Shown piece after piece: positions 49,316 through 58,371 of a DNA stretch of 64,000 nucleotides (positions within the stretch are counted from its first letter, which is position 1; every line of letters starts with the position of its first letter). A model generated the notes under the pieces. That model saw only the letters and a program-made list of their open reading frames with translations, was not told the DNA's origin and made no database searches. The stretch is from Parcubacteria group bacterium (GTDB lineage: Bacteria > Patescibacteriota > Minisyncoccia > Moranbacterales > GCA-2747515): positions 1,495-65,494 of the forward strand of contig JBAZXC010000003.1 of the NCBI GenBank assembly GCA_041660065.1, read 5' to 3'. The position numbers and the translations under genes are program-made.

Positions 49316-50182
49316 ATGAAAAAAATTCCAATCTATACAAAACTTCTGGTGGTGTTTCCCCTGTTCTTTCTGATGGCAATTGTCATTGATGGAGGCACGA
49401 ATTTTGATTTTTCGGAGGTGATCGCGTATGTGGTGTTGATCATTACGGTTTTTAGTTTCGGTCTGTATATCGTTTTTTCTATGGAGAACAGGCGGGATCG
49501 CATAAACACGATCAAGATTACTTTGCGCGATCAAGATGCGCGATTATTCAATCTCTATCAATTCTCGCAATATTTCGATCCTGCCGTTACTATTGCAGTG
49601 AGAAACCAGATCGATCAGTATTTGATCGCACAAATCGATTGGAAGCTCGAAGACATCGGCAAATCGAGCAAAAACCTCTCATATATCTTTGGCATGGTGA
49701 GGGGCATCAAAGCGGTTGGCGCAGAACAGGAGATGATCAAAGAAAAAATGCTTGATAACTTGCAGGAGATCAGTATTCTTTTGAAAGAGTCCGCATTTCA
49801 AGTAAAGAATAAAATGAGCGGTTATGAATGGGGGAGCTTGTTATTTCTTTTTGGGATCATCTTGTTCGCATTGTTTTATGAGAACGTCGGATCACCCATT
49901 GCGGCGTTAGTGATCGCGATCATTGCATCGACATTGGCATTGTCATTATTTATCTTGAGTGAATATGATTCATTGCAATGGCAAGAGCAAAAATGGATCT
50001 GGGAGCCGTTGGTAGAGTTGTTTCAGGATTTGGATTTGGTGCCATATTTTCCTGGTGTACTTTTTTGGGAAAATCGTGTGAATATAAAAAAGATCGACGG
50101 TCTGAAAAAGGCGCGCATTGCCAAATACAAACATCCCTATCCGAATGTTCACGATAAAGAAGTGGAGGAAGTTTGCTTATAA
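49316..50182 (+). CDS. 4-TM membrane protein (DUF4239/bestrophin-like topology)
   Basis: 2 TM, helical insert, 2 TM. Confidence 0.65.
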   Translation: MKKIPIYTKLLVVFPLFFLMAIVIDGGTNFDFSEVIAYVVLIITVFSFGLYIVFSMENRRDRINTIKITLRDQDARLFNLYQFSQYFDPAVTIAVRNQIDQYLIAQIDWKLEDIGKSSKNLSYIFGMVRGIKAVGAEQEMIKEKMLDNLQEISILLKESAFQVKNKMSGYEWGSLLFLFGIILFALFYENVGSPIAALVIAIIASTLALSLFILSEYDSLQWQEQKWIWEPLVELFQDLDLVPYFPGVLFWENRVNIKKIDGLKKARIAKYKHPYPNVHDKEVEEVCL

Positions 50183-50234
50183 GTGGAACGGTGGATAGAT
50201 TCCGGATTACGTTCGTAATGGGAATTTTTTATGG

Positions 50235-52085
50235 CTATGCAGCGGATTTCCCGTTTCCATTTTTTGCATTGAGAGTGCACAGACTTTCTAAATAGACGTT
50301 TTCCCATATCTCGCGATCTGCTTTTTGTTGCGGCGTATATGCATTTCCCTTGTTTTTTCTTAATGCAGTGAGAAATTCTTTTTTTCTTGTAGCATCAAAT
50401 CCTTTTGTTTTTTCGTCAATTTTTTCTTTGTAAATGCGACGCAGAGTGACGCTCTGATTTTTCAAAATAGAAAAAACATTCTCGGTCGGTATATTTTTCT
50501 TGGCAAATCTTTCACGCAAAGATGCGGTTGTAAAATCTTTGTTTTCCGCTATATCTGTCATAATCTCTTTTGCAAGGTCATTTGTCCTCAATGCTTTTTG
50601 GAGGGATGGCGGAATATCACGATCGTCGCCAGATAAGCGTGAAAGCAGGTCTTTCAGTCCGATTTGTAGGGGCTTGTCATTATTTGGGTACATCCACATA
50701 TGTTCGCGTACCATAAGTCCATCTCTTTTTTCATCAAGAGCCGGACCGAATGTCATTGCATTTTTTGTGTAAATTACAAAGGAGTTTTGTTCAGGCGACC
50801 AAATCATGTAAGCGCCATACTTTGGTTTGCCATCGGGGTCTTTCTCATTGAATACGGATAATTGTGCGGAAGCGCCTGATCCTGATACACGGTTATATGC
50901 CCGTCCATTTGTTAGCACTTTCTTTGGATCAATTAAAATTTTACCAAAGTGATTTGCTCCAGAATCAAACACTAATCCTTCGCGCTCCAATTCAGCGATA
51001 TCTCTCTTTGCATTTTCCATGTGATTTTCTATCTCTTTACTGAGTGTTTCCAGTGTTTTTTTCTGTCCATCCCGCATTGTGTATTCATGTTGTGCAAGAT
51101 ATTCTGGCTCCAATGGTTGTGCGGGATCGGTATTATTTTTGAATAATGCGATCACATCGTGCACTTCCAGAGCATTGGCCAAACCGTAGAGATTTTTGGG
51201 ATAATTGGCACAGATCGCATTCCACTGATCCTGGGGGATATCAAAGTTATCCATGCGCGTGACAAAGTCCACGTACTGATCCAAATACGGTTCACGTGTC
51301 AAAAGACCCATATCAACAAGTGTTTCATATACAAATTTTGTCGCGGAAGTGCCACGCGTAGACTTGTCTTTATCATGATGATCAAAGATCAAGACCTTGC
51401 CACCATTTTCAGACAATACACCGTCTCGTCCTGATGTATCCATGATGATGCCGCTTTCGAGAGTGTCTCCTTTCGGCAAAAAAGTTACTTTATCACGATC
51501 TATTTTTATACCAGCCAGATCCATCAACATGAGACAACTCTCTCCGTCCAGGTCGGATTCCTTGGCCCATGTTTTTCCACCATCTCCGCTCATGCCATGG
51601 ACCGCAAATTCTGTCCACAGATTTCGCGTGAGTTCCAAAAACTTTTTATCGCCAGCATCCTCTGTTTCCGCATACAAATCCGCGTATGTCTGATGAGGAG
51701 AATTTTCCAATTTGTGGATCGTGTGCCATGCGGCAGCGCGGGTATGTGCATAGTCCGTCTTATATTTGTCCATGATGTCGTTCTCGGGTGTATCGTCTTG
51801 CACACGTTCAGTCGGCGTATCATTTTGTGTGTCTGTTGCAACCGTAATTTCTGGGGCGGGTTGTCCAATTTTTGCGGAGACTGGTCGGTCGGTCTGCGAG
51901 TCGTCTGCAATTTTTGGTTCTGGCGTAGTAGTTTTTTCTCTTTCTATACGATCATACAGTTCTTTTTCTCTTACTACCGCGGCCTCACGTTGGCTCAATA
52001 ATAATCCCTGACGTGATTTTTCTTTTGCTGCCTCTGCCTCCGCAGAAACTTTATTGTAGATCTGATTCCAATTGTGATTTTCCAT
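50235..52085 (-). CDS. DHH-family phosphoesterase-like protein
   Basis: H...SDLDG, MDT, IFDHH, TSAT motifs in order. Confidence 0.65.
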   Translation of the reverse strand: MENHNWNQIYNKVSAEAEAAKEKSRQGLLLSQREAAVVREKELYDRIEREKTTTPEPKIADDSQTDRPVSAKIGQPAPEITVATDTQNDTPTERVQDDTPENDIMDKYKTDYAHTRAAAWHTIHKLENSPHQTYADLYAETEDAGDKKFLELTRNLWTEFAVHGMSGDGGKTWAKESDLDGESCLMLMDLAGIKIDRDKVTFLPKGDTLESGIIMDTSGRDGVLSENGGKVLIFDHHDKDKSTRGTSATKFVYETLVDMGLLTREPYLDQYVDFVTRMDNFDIPQDQWNAICANYPKNLYGLANALEVHDVIALFKNNTDPAQPLEPEYLAQHEYTMRDGQKKTLETLSKEIENHMENAKRDIAELEREGLVFDSGANHFGKILIDPKKVLTNGRAYNRVSGSGASAQLSVFNEKDPDGKPKYGAYMIWSPEQNSFVIYTKNAMTFGPALDEKRDGLMVREHMWMYPNNDKPLQIGLKDLLSRLSGDDRDIPPSLQKALRTNDLAKEIMTDIAENKDFTTASLRERFAKKNIPTENVFSILKNQSVTLRRIYKEKIDEKTKGFDATRKKEFLTALRKNKGNAYTPQQKADREIWENVYLESLCTLNAKNGNGKSAA

Positions 52086-52161
52086 AGCATTAGATCATTA
52101 GTGGATATTAGTAAGTATACACTACTTTTCTTTTTGTAAAAAAGTGTTTTATATATGTCCA

Positions 52162-52202
52162 TTGACAAAAATAGGTATGTGACATATAATTGATATATCA
52201 AA
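52162..52202 (+). promoter_or_regulatory. consensus promoter with palindromic operator candidate
   Basis: TTGACA-17bp-TATAAT, then palindrome TTGATATATCAA at the start site. Confidence 0.7.
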
Positions 52203-52216
52203 TATTAATCAAACAT

Positions 52217-52654
52217 ATGACAAAGAAAATTACATTAGGTAACGATGCAAAGTTTTTTATCGATCTCGCAAAGATCCATGCGATCATGCAGAGGCGTTTT
52301 GATAATGGTTTGGGTGGCCTGGGATTCAATGAATTTATCATCCTTTTTCATCTGAGCCAAGCGGAAAATGAGACGATGCGCAGGATCGATCTGGCAGAGA
52401 AAGTTGGTCTGACAGCATCCGGCATTACACGGTTGCTTTTGCCTATGGAGAAGATCGGCTTGGTCAAAAAAGAGGTCAACGATCATGATGCACGCGTAAG
52501 CTTGATCAGTATTGCCTCCGGAGGAAAACAGAAATTCATTGAGGCAATCGAAAGGGCGGATGTCATCGTGGATGACATTTTCTCCGCGGAGCAAAAGAAA
52601 GAGATCAAAAAAATTGCAGGTGTAGTGGCTACTATACAAAAAAATCTTCGGTGA
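52217..52654 (+). CDS. MarR family regulator
   Basis: RIDLAEKVGLTASGITRLL.PMEKIGLV...DAR. Confidence 0.9.
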   Translation: MTKKITLGNDAKFFIDLAKIHAIMQRRFDNGLGGLGFNEFIILFHLSQAENETMRRIDLAEKVGLTASGITRLLLPMEKIGLVKKEVNDHDARVSLISIASGGKQKFIEAIERADVIVDDIFSAEQKKEIKKIAGVVATIQKNLR

Positions 52655-52655
52655 G

Positions 52656-53549
52656 TTATTTCTCGGGAAGCTTTTGGGGAATGGAAGAATGGATATGTGA
52701 TGCGAGAAATGTGTATGCGCCTTGGACTTCATGCGATTCGGATGTGATGCCGGGAAATCTATTGACCTCAAGGACGTAGGGGAGGCCGGTATTTTTATCA
52801 ATAATGATATCAGTGCGCGACCATGAAAGTCCGAGTAGGTCACTGGCATCAATTGCCATTTTTTTGATGTTTTCCGGTATATCCTTTATGTTTACAAAAC
52901 ATTCCTTTGCACCATTGCAGGTGTTGTTTCTGAATTCTCCGCCGGTTGGATAACTTTTCTCTCCTGCGACAACAACGCCGTTTGCTACCATGATGCCCCA
53001 ATCGTACTCATTGGGGATAAATCGTTGGAAGAGAAATTTTTTGCTCTTTGGCAATGTCGTCATTTTTTCCAAGAGTTCTGCTTCTGAGGAGATGAATGCG
53101 GAGTGTTTTCCTTGGCATCCTCTGATATCTTTTACGATCAAAGGAAAACTGCACACTTCTTTAATAAGAGACAGATGTTTTTCGACTCTCGAACGACTGA
53201 CGAAAACAGTGTCCGGCATCGGAAGACCGTTTAATGCAAATGCCATGCAATCAGTTACTTTTGATGAGCTTTTTTCAACGTAGGAGTGGGGCGTTTTTGT
53301 GTGGTTGAAATAAAGATTGATCGCATAAGCAATGTCGCGCTGGCTCCATCCGGAACTCAACCATACGAAAGAAAACGTGCTTGTATCGACATCATTATGC
53401 AAAACGCGCACTTTCCCATTATGCATAAAAATTACAATGTTGGGATAGGATCCTTTTGTGAGCGCAATGGGAAAAGGAAATTTTTTGATAACCTGCCGTG
53501 TGTTTTTGACAGTAGGGAGACTAAGAAGTGTAAAAGGTTTTTCTGTCAT
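52656..53549 (-). CDS. RimK-like ATP-grasp ligase
   Basis: PLIVK...G.QGK, FQRFIP, EFRNN, D...LEVNRFPG. Confidence 0.85.
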   Translation of the reverse strand: MTEKPFTLLSLPTVKNTRQVIKKFPFPIALTKGSYPNIVIFMHNGKVRVLHNDVDTSTFSFVWLSSGWSQRDIAYAINLYFNHTKTPHSYVEKSSSKVTDCMAFALNGLPMPDTVFVSRSRVEKHLSLIKEVCSFPLIVKDIRGCQGKHSAFISSEAELLEKMTTLPKSKKFLFQRFIPNEYDWGIMVANGVVVAGEKSYPTGGEFRNNTCNGAKECFVNIKDIPENIKKMAIDASDLLGLSWSRTDIIIDKNTGLPYVLEVNRFPGITSESHEVQGAYTFLASHIHSSIPQKLPEK

Positions 53550-53779
53550 GGGAGTGAGAGATTAAAGAGTAAGAGATTTCTCGTTTGCAGGCCTTTTTAA
53601 AATGCATATGTGCAAAGAAGAAAGAATGACTTTAAGATCAAAGTAATGAAATCAACTTATTATACAATGATTCTAACTTTTTGTCCAATGTTTGACATAA
53701 TATGAGTCACCTTGCTATGATAATGTCAGTTACTTACTAATAAAACTCATGAGATCAATTTAGTTAGGGGAGGTGATGT

Positions 53780-54010
53780 ATGCAGACAGAATTGCCGATC
53801 ATATCGACGATCCAAAAGTTTGAAATTACTCTCAGGAGTGGAGAGAGTAAAGCTGTTTATCTGCAGTTTTTGGGTGATCCGTCAAATCAGGAAAAATGTA
53901 GCATGTGCAATCATCCATTTGCCAATGGTCTGTGGATGGGTAATATTAAAATGGCTAATGGGAATCTTTCTATAAAACGTTGTCCACGATGTGAAAATTT
54001 GTACACGTAA
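53780..54010 (+). CDS. small Zn-finger protein
   Basis: GGGAGGTG SD; CSMC...CPRC. Confidence 0.65.
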   Translation: MQTELPIISTIQKFEITLRSGESKAVYLQFLGDPSNQEKCSMCNHPFANGLWMGNIKMANGNLSIKRCPRCENLYT

Positions 54011-54026
54011 TGAAATTGAATCATCC

Positions 54027-54066
54027 AAAAAAAGTCGTCAGCTCTATATAGATTGGCGACTTTTTT
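54027..54066. terminator. bidirectional terminator
   Basis: AAAAAAGTCGTCA..TGGCGACTTTTTT. Confidence 0.7.
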
Positions 54067-54080
54067 ATTATCGACTGAGT

Positions 54081-54848
54081 CTAGACTTCAATTTTAGAAA
54101 AGAGATAACTGCCGATCGTAAGTGTGATAAAAGCAAAAAGGGAAAGGACAAAAAAATCAGTATGCAAAGTGAAGTGTATTTGACCGGTGAGCACGGCACG
54201 AATGCCATCTACGCCGTAAGAGAGAGGGTTGACATAGGTGATGGTCTGGATTGCTTTAGGAAGGCCACTCAGAGGAAAGAGTGCACCAGAAAGGAAAAAT
54301 AGAGGCATAATGAGGAAATTGATGATAAGTGGGAACGCCTGCATATCTTCCATCGGTGAAGCAATGGCTGTACCAAGTGCGGTAAAAAATGTTGCAATCA
54401 ACACCATATAAATGATTGCAAGCGGAGCGATAAAATAATTTTCCGGTCGAAATCCCACGAGGAGCGCGATCAAAAAAACGATAATGCCTTGCGCCGTCGC
54501 GACAGTTGCACCGCCAAAGGTGCGTCCCAGCATGATCGTCCAGCGAGGTACCGGAGCGACAAGGGTCTCTTTGAGAAATCCGAATTGTCTGTCGTAGATC
54601 ACTTCAATGCCGGCAAACATTGCTGTAAAAATGATGCTCATGGAAATAATACCTGGAGCGATGAATTGGATATAATTGCCACCGCCCGCTGCTTGGTAGA
54701 TTGGCCCGAAGCCAAATCCGAGTGCCACCAAAAAAAGGATTGGTTGGGCGAGAGAGCCAAACATGCGCGCACGTGAGCGGTAATATCTTTTGATCTGGCG
54801 AAGCCACAGGATATAAATGACTTTTGCATATTGTTTTATCTTCTCCAT
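54081..54848 (-). CDS. ABC-2 type exporter permease
   Basis: DRQFGFLKETLVAP, PLFFLSGALFP, NPLSYGVD. Confidence 0.92.
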   Translation of the reverse strand: MEKIKQYAKVIYILWLRQIKRYYRSRARMFGSLAQPILFLVALGFGFGPIYQAAGGGNYIQFIAPGIISMSIIFTAMFAGIEVIYDRQFGFLKETLVAPVPRWTIMLGRTFGGATVATAQGIIVFLIALLVGFRPENYFIAPLAIIYMVLIATFFTALGTAIASPMEDMQAFPLIINFLIMPLFFLSGALFPLSGLPKAIQTITYVNPLSYGVDGIRAVLTGQIHFTLHTDFFVLSLFAFITLTIGSYLFSKIEV

Positions 54849-55627
54849 ACACGTCGCATATTTCTTAAGTGATCAATGCCTTTGGCGCCTTCTTCGCGAA
54901 TTTGCTTGCCTGTGAGTTGCAGGAAGGCGTCTTCGAGAGTGTCTGTTTTTGTTTGATCTTTGAGTGTCTGTGCTGTGCCTTCCGCGACAATTGTGCCATT
55001 ATCGATGATTGCGATCCGATCCGCCATACGGTCGGCTTCTTCCATATAATGGGTGCTAAAAAATACCGTGATTCCTTCCTTTTGATTCATATCTCTGATG
55101 TAACTCCATAGATGATTTCTCGTTTGCGGATCGAGCCCGAGTGTCGGTTCATCGAGGAAAATGATCTGCGGGTGATGGAGTAGTCCGCGTGCGATCTCCA
55201 AACGTCGCTTCATGCCGCCGGAAAATTCTTTGACAAGGTCATCGCGACGTTTTTCCAGCTCAACAATTTTGAGAAGTTCTTCAATGCGGATGTGTCGAAT
55301 CTTTTTTGGTACGTTATAAAGTACGCCGTGAAATTCCAGATTTTCAAAAGCAGTCAATTCGTCATCAAGACTCGGATCTTGAAAAATGATGCCAAATGAA
55401 CGCCGGACATTGTCCGGATCAGTGGCGGGATCAAATCCATTGATCAATATTTTTCCACTGGTCGGTTGCAAAAGAGTGGTGAACATCTTGATCGTGGTAG
55501 TTTTGCCTGCGCCGTTGGGTCCGAGAAAGGCAAAAATCTCTCCTTTTTCTACATTAAAAGAGATGTCATCTACTGCTGTGATGTCATCAAATTTTTTGAC
55601 CAAGTTTTTGACCTCGATAATATTCAT
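54836..55627 (-). CDS. ABC exporter ATP-binding protein (DrrA-like)
   Basis: GPNGAGKT, FSGGM, LDEPT. Confidence 0.95.
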   Translation of the reverse strand: MNIIEVKNLVKKFDDITAVDDISFNVEKGEIFAFLGPNGAGKTTTIKMFTTLLQPTSGKILINGFDPATDPDNVRRSFGIIFQDPSLDDELTAFENLEFHGVLYNVPKKIRHIRIEELLKIVELEKRRDDLVKEFSGGMKRRLEIARGLLHHPQIIFLDEPTLGLDPQTRNHLWSYIRDMNQKEGITVFFSTHYMEEADRMADRIAIIDNGTIVAEGTAQTLKDQTKTDTLEDAFLQLTGKQIREEGAKGIDHLRNMRRVWRR

Positions 55628-55726
55628 CCTCTCATTATACCGTATATATAAAGACGTATCAATGCAACGCAAGAAAATAAAAACTGCCAGAAATAGTTTT
55701 GCTAATACTGGCAGCGTTTTTATACG

Positions 55727-56014
55727 TCAGATGACTCTGTAGCCTATAAGCGTATCTGATCCGTCGTATGGACGTAAAAAACCTTCGTGAGGAACAGATA
55801 ATTCTTCGATGGTCATGTAGGTTTTTGCCTTGCCAAATCCTGCGAAGAGTTCATAAGTATGAATGAGTGAAAATTGGGGAGGAAAAAGCGATGTGTCAAA
55901 ATTTCCTATGAAGTCTCCTTTTTGCGATCTTTTCTTTTTTAAAACGATCTCATAAACGCCATCCACCAAAAAAACCTCTTTTCCCATCAATTCGATCAAT
56001 TTAATGTATCTCAT
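55727..56014 (-). CDS. hypothetical protein
   Basis: 95-aa ORF with SD-like GGAG upstream. Confidence 0.5.
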   Translation of the reverse strand: MRYIKLIELMGKEVFLVDGVYEIVLKKKRSQKGDFIGNFDTSLFPPQFSLIHTYELFAGFGKAKTYMTIEELSVPHEGFLRPYDGSDTLIGYRVI

Positions 56015-56035
56015 TTCTTTCTCCCATGATCATTG

Positions 56036-56515
56036 TTAATGTACTTTTTGTGATTTTTTCAACAAATATTCAAAAAAATCTTTTCCCCAGGCCAAGATCT
56101 TGCCATCTTTTTTCAAAAGTTTCTTTGCTTTCTTTTTGAATCGGACATACTCTCCTAAAAATTCGGTATCAATATCTTGCCAGATATCACCAACGATGCA
56201 ATCAAATTTTTTATTATCAGGCAGGTCATAAAAATCACACACGATGATCTTTCCCTCTAGGCGATCAAATTTTTTTACGGCGTTCAATACAGCGCTGTAT
56301 TTTTCTATGGTTACTACTGACACAACATTTGGATTTTCCAGTAAGAATTTTGTAACGATACCAAATCCATATCCGGCAACCAATACATCACCAAATGCCT
56401 GTTCGCTTAATCTTTTCTGCATTTTTTGTTCTCGTGGCGTATCCCACATCCACAGATCATCATCAATAAACAAAAAACGATTGTTTTTATGACGCAAAAT
56501 TTTTACTTTTTTCAT
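56036..56515 (-). CDS. class I SAM-dependent (spermidine-synthase-like) small protein
   Basis: GDVLVAGYGFG, VTIEK, FD.IVGDIW. Confidence 0.75.
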   Translation of the reverse strand: MKKVKILRHKNNRFLFIDDDLWMWDTPREQKMQKRLSEQAFGDVLVAGYGFGIVTKFLLENPNVVSVVTIEKYSAVLNAVKKFDRLEGKIIVCDFYDLPDNKKFDCIVGDIWQDIDTEFLGEYVRFKKKAKKLLKKDGKILAWGKDFFEYLLKKSQKVH

Positions 56516-56727
56516 AATAGGGTTGGTTTTATGCCTTAAGAGGTCGGAGCTTATGTGATTAATTAATTGTTCCAGTGTATCGATGAGATCATAATTTATC
56601 AATAGAAAATATCAAAATTATAATGTTCATTATAAATAAATCTTTATAATAAGCCATTATTTATCAAATTAGTCATAAATAATGTCACAAATATTGACAT
56701 TTGATGCATTTTTGCTATGCTGGCACT

Positions 56728-57471
56728 ATGGAAAAGTTACAAAACACTCTCATAAGTTATGGACTGAGCACTAATGAGGCTAAAGTGTATTTGGCCATGG
56801 TGAATTTTGGGCACAGCACGATCGTGACTATCGCCAAGGAAACGGAGGTCAAAAGACCGACGGTGTATTTAACGATCGAAAGTCTGATAAAAAAAGAATT
56901 GATCAAAACGATCATCAAGGGAAAGAAAAAATATTATCTGCCGGAAGAACCGGAGAGACTATTGCGCATATTGGAATCAAAGAAGCGATCGATCGAAAAT
57001 ATCTTGCCGGACCTTAAAAACAACTATTTTAATAAGAGTGAAAAACCAAAGGTCGTTTCCTATGAAGGGAAGGATGGCATCAGAAAGATCTACGAAGAAA
57101 CAATCCGCAGTAAAACAGAGGTTCTTTGGTTTGGGTCGATGAAAGACGTCATGGAGGAATTTCGAGAGAGCTACAACAAAATTTGTCAGGAAGAATCTGC
57201 GTATTCAAAAGGTTCCAGGGAAATCGTCAACAACACCTCCTTTGATAGGAATTATGCCAAAAGGACAAACGACCGGAAAAATTCTAAATTCAGTGTCCGC
57301 GTCTTGCCCAATGCGCATCTTTTTTCCAGTGTGGATAATATTATTTATGATAATAAAGTGGCTATTCTATCGATCAAAAAAAATTATTATGGCGTAATCA
57401 TAGAGGACAGTGACATCGCAAATGCCTATCGGACGATGTTTGAACTGGCGTGGAAATCGGCTGTGAAATAA
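56728..57471 (+). CDS. TrmB family regulator
   Basis: GLSTNEAKVYLA, RPTVY..IESL, YEGKDGI, FELAW; leaderless after TTGACA-16-TATGCT. Confidence 0.88.
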   Translation: MEKLQNTLISYGLSTNEAKVYLAMVNFGHSTIVTIAKETEVKRPTVYLTIESLIKKELIKTIIKGKKKYYLPEEPERLLRILESKKRSIENILPDLKNNYFNKSEKPKVVSYEGKDGIRKIYEETIRSKTEVLWFGSMKDVMEEFRESYNKICQEESAYSKGSREIVNNTSFDRNYAKRTNDRKNSKFSVRVLPNAHLFSSVDNIIYDNKVAILSIKKNYYGVIIEDSDIANAYRTMFELAWKSAVK

Positions 57472-57500
57472 ATTTCGCTGTAACAAAAACCATATATTTT

Positions 57501-57618
57501 TGTCATTGCGGGGAATCCCGATGATAGTCAGGATTGACTGTGGCAATCTTCTTATGTTGTGAGCTAGTTGTAATGTTGTGAGATTGCTTCACTGCATTGC
57601 ATTTCGCTCGCAATGACA
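57501..57618. repeat. REP-like palindromic element
   Basis: TGTCATTGCG..GGCAATCT / AGATTGC..CGCAATGACA. Confidence 0.75.
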
Positions 57619-57681
57619 GAATTTTTATAGTTTTAATGAGAAGGGGTATATTTTGTTTAAATTGAAAAAAATCAATCAGTA

Positions 57682-57844
57682 TGTCATTCCCGCGGAGGCG
57701 GGAATCCATGGAAACTGTAAAGTTATCGGAAACCTGTGGATCCCCGGGTCAAGCCCGAGCCTGCCTGCCCTGCCTACCGGCAGGCAGGCGGTAGGCAGGG
57801 GCAGGGATGACAGGGGATAGATTCCCGCCTCCGCGGGAATGACA
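57682..57844. repeat. REP-like cluster (ATTCCC-N8-GGGAAT type) with nested CCTGCC palindromes
   Basis: TGTCATTCCCGCGGAGGCGGGAATC / GATTCCCGCCTCCGCGGGAATGACA inverted pair enclosing GGATCCCCGGGTCAAGCCCGAG[nested palindromes]GATGACA. Confidence 0.85.
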
Positions 57845-57958
57845 ATTGGGGATGGTAGGATATGAACTCTCTTAATAGTTGTCGGCATTGATTGATCGAT
57901 GACTATCGTAGTATAATAAGTAATAGAGAGAATAATCAAATAATAGCAATATGCGCAT

Positions 57959-58330
57959 ATGGCAAAAAAAATATTGATCATCGAGGACGAAGCATCACTT
58001 CGCATGGCGTTGGAAGAAAAATTTAATGGGGAAGGCTTTGCTGTCCTTACGGCGGATAATGGTGAGGATGGCTTGGTACTTGCACAACAACATATACCAG
58101 ATCTGATCCTCTTGGATATTATTTTGCCAAAAATGAACGGATTTGATGTGTTGAGCCGTTTGGCAAAGGATGATGCAACAAAAGAAATCGATGTTATGAT
58201 CCTGACAAATCTGAGTGAGACGGGCAAGGTGGGAGAGATCGTGCGCAAAGGCGTATCCGAATATCTCGTGAAAGCGGATTGGACTTTGGAAGAAATTTCT
58301 GAGAAAGTGAGAAACAAGTTGGCTGACTGA
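57959..58330 (+). CDS. single-domain response regulator
   Basis: ILIIEDE, PDLILLDIILP.MNG, YLVKA. Confidence 0.93.
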   Translation: MAKKILIIEDEASLRMALEEKFNGEGFAVLTADNGEDGLVLAQQHIPDLILLDIILPKMNGFDVLSRLAKDDATKEIDVMILTNLSETGKVGEIVRKGVSEYLVKADWTLEEISEKVRNKLAD

Positions 58331-58371
58331 AATAGTATATAAATTATGGGATAAATAAAAACGCGACTATA

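Noticed and set aside
57503-58317. Minus-strand ORFs 57503-57709 and 57676-58317
   Set aside because: They translate the REP-like repeats (DSRLRGND, WIPASAGMT, ACLPVGR) and the antisense of the response regulator.
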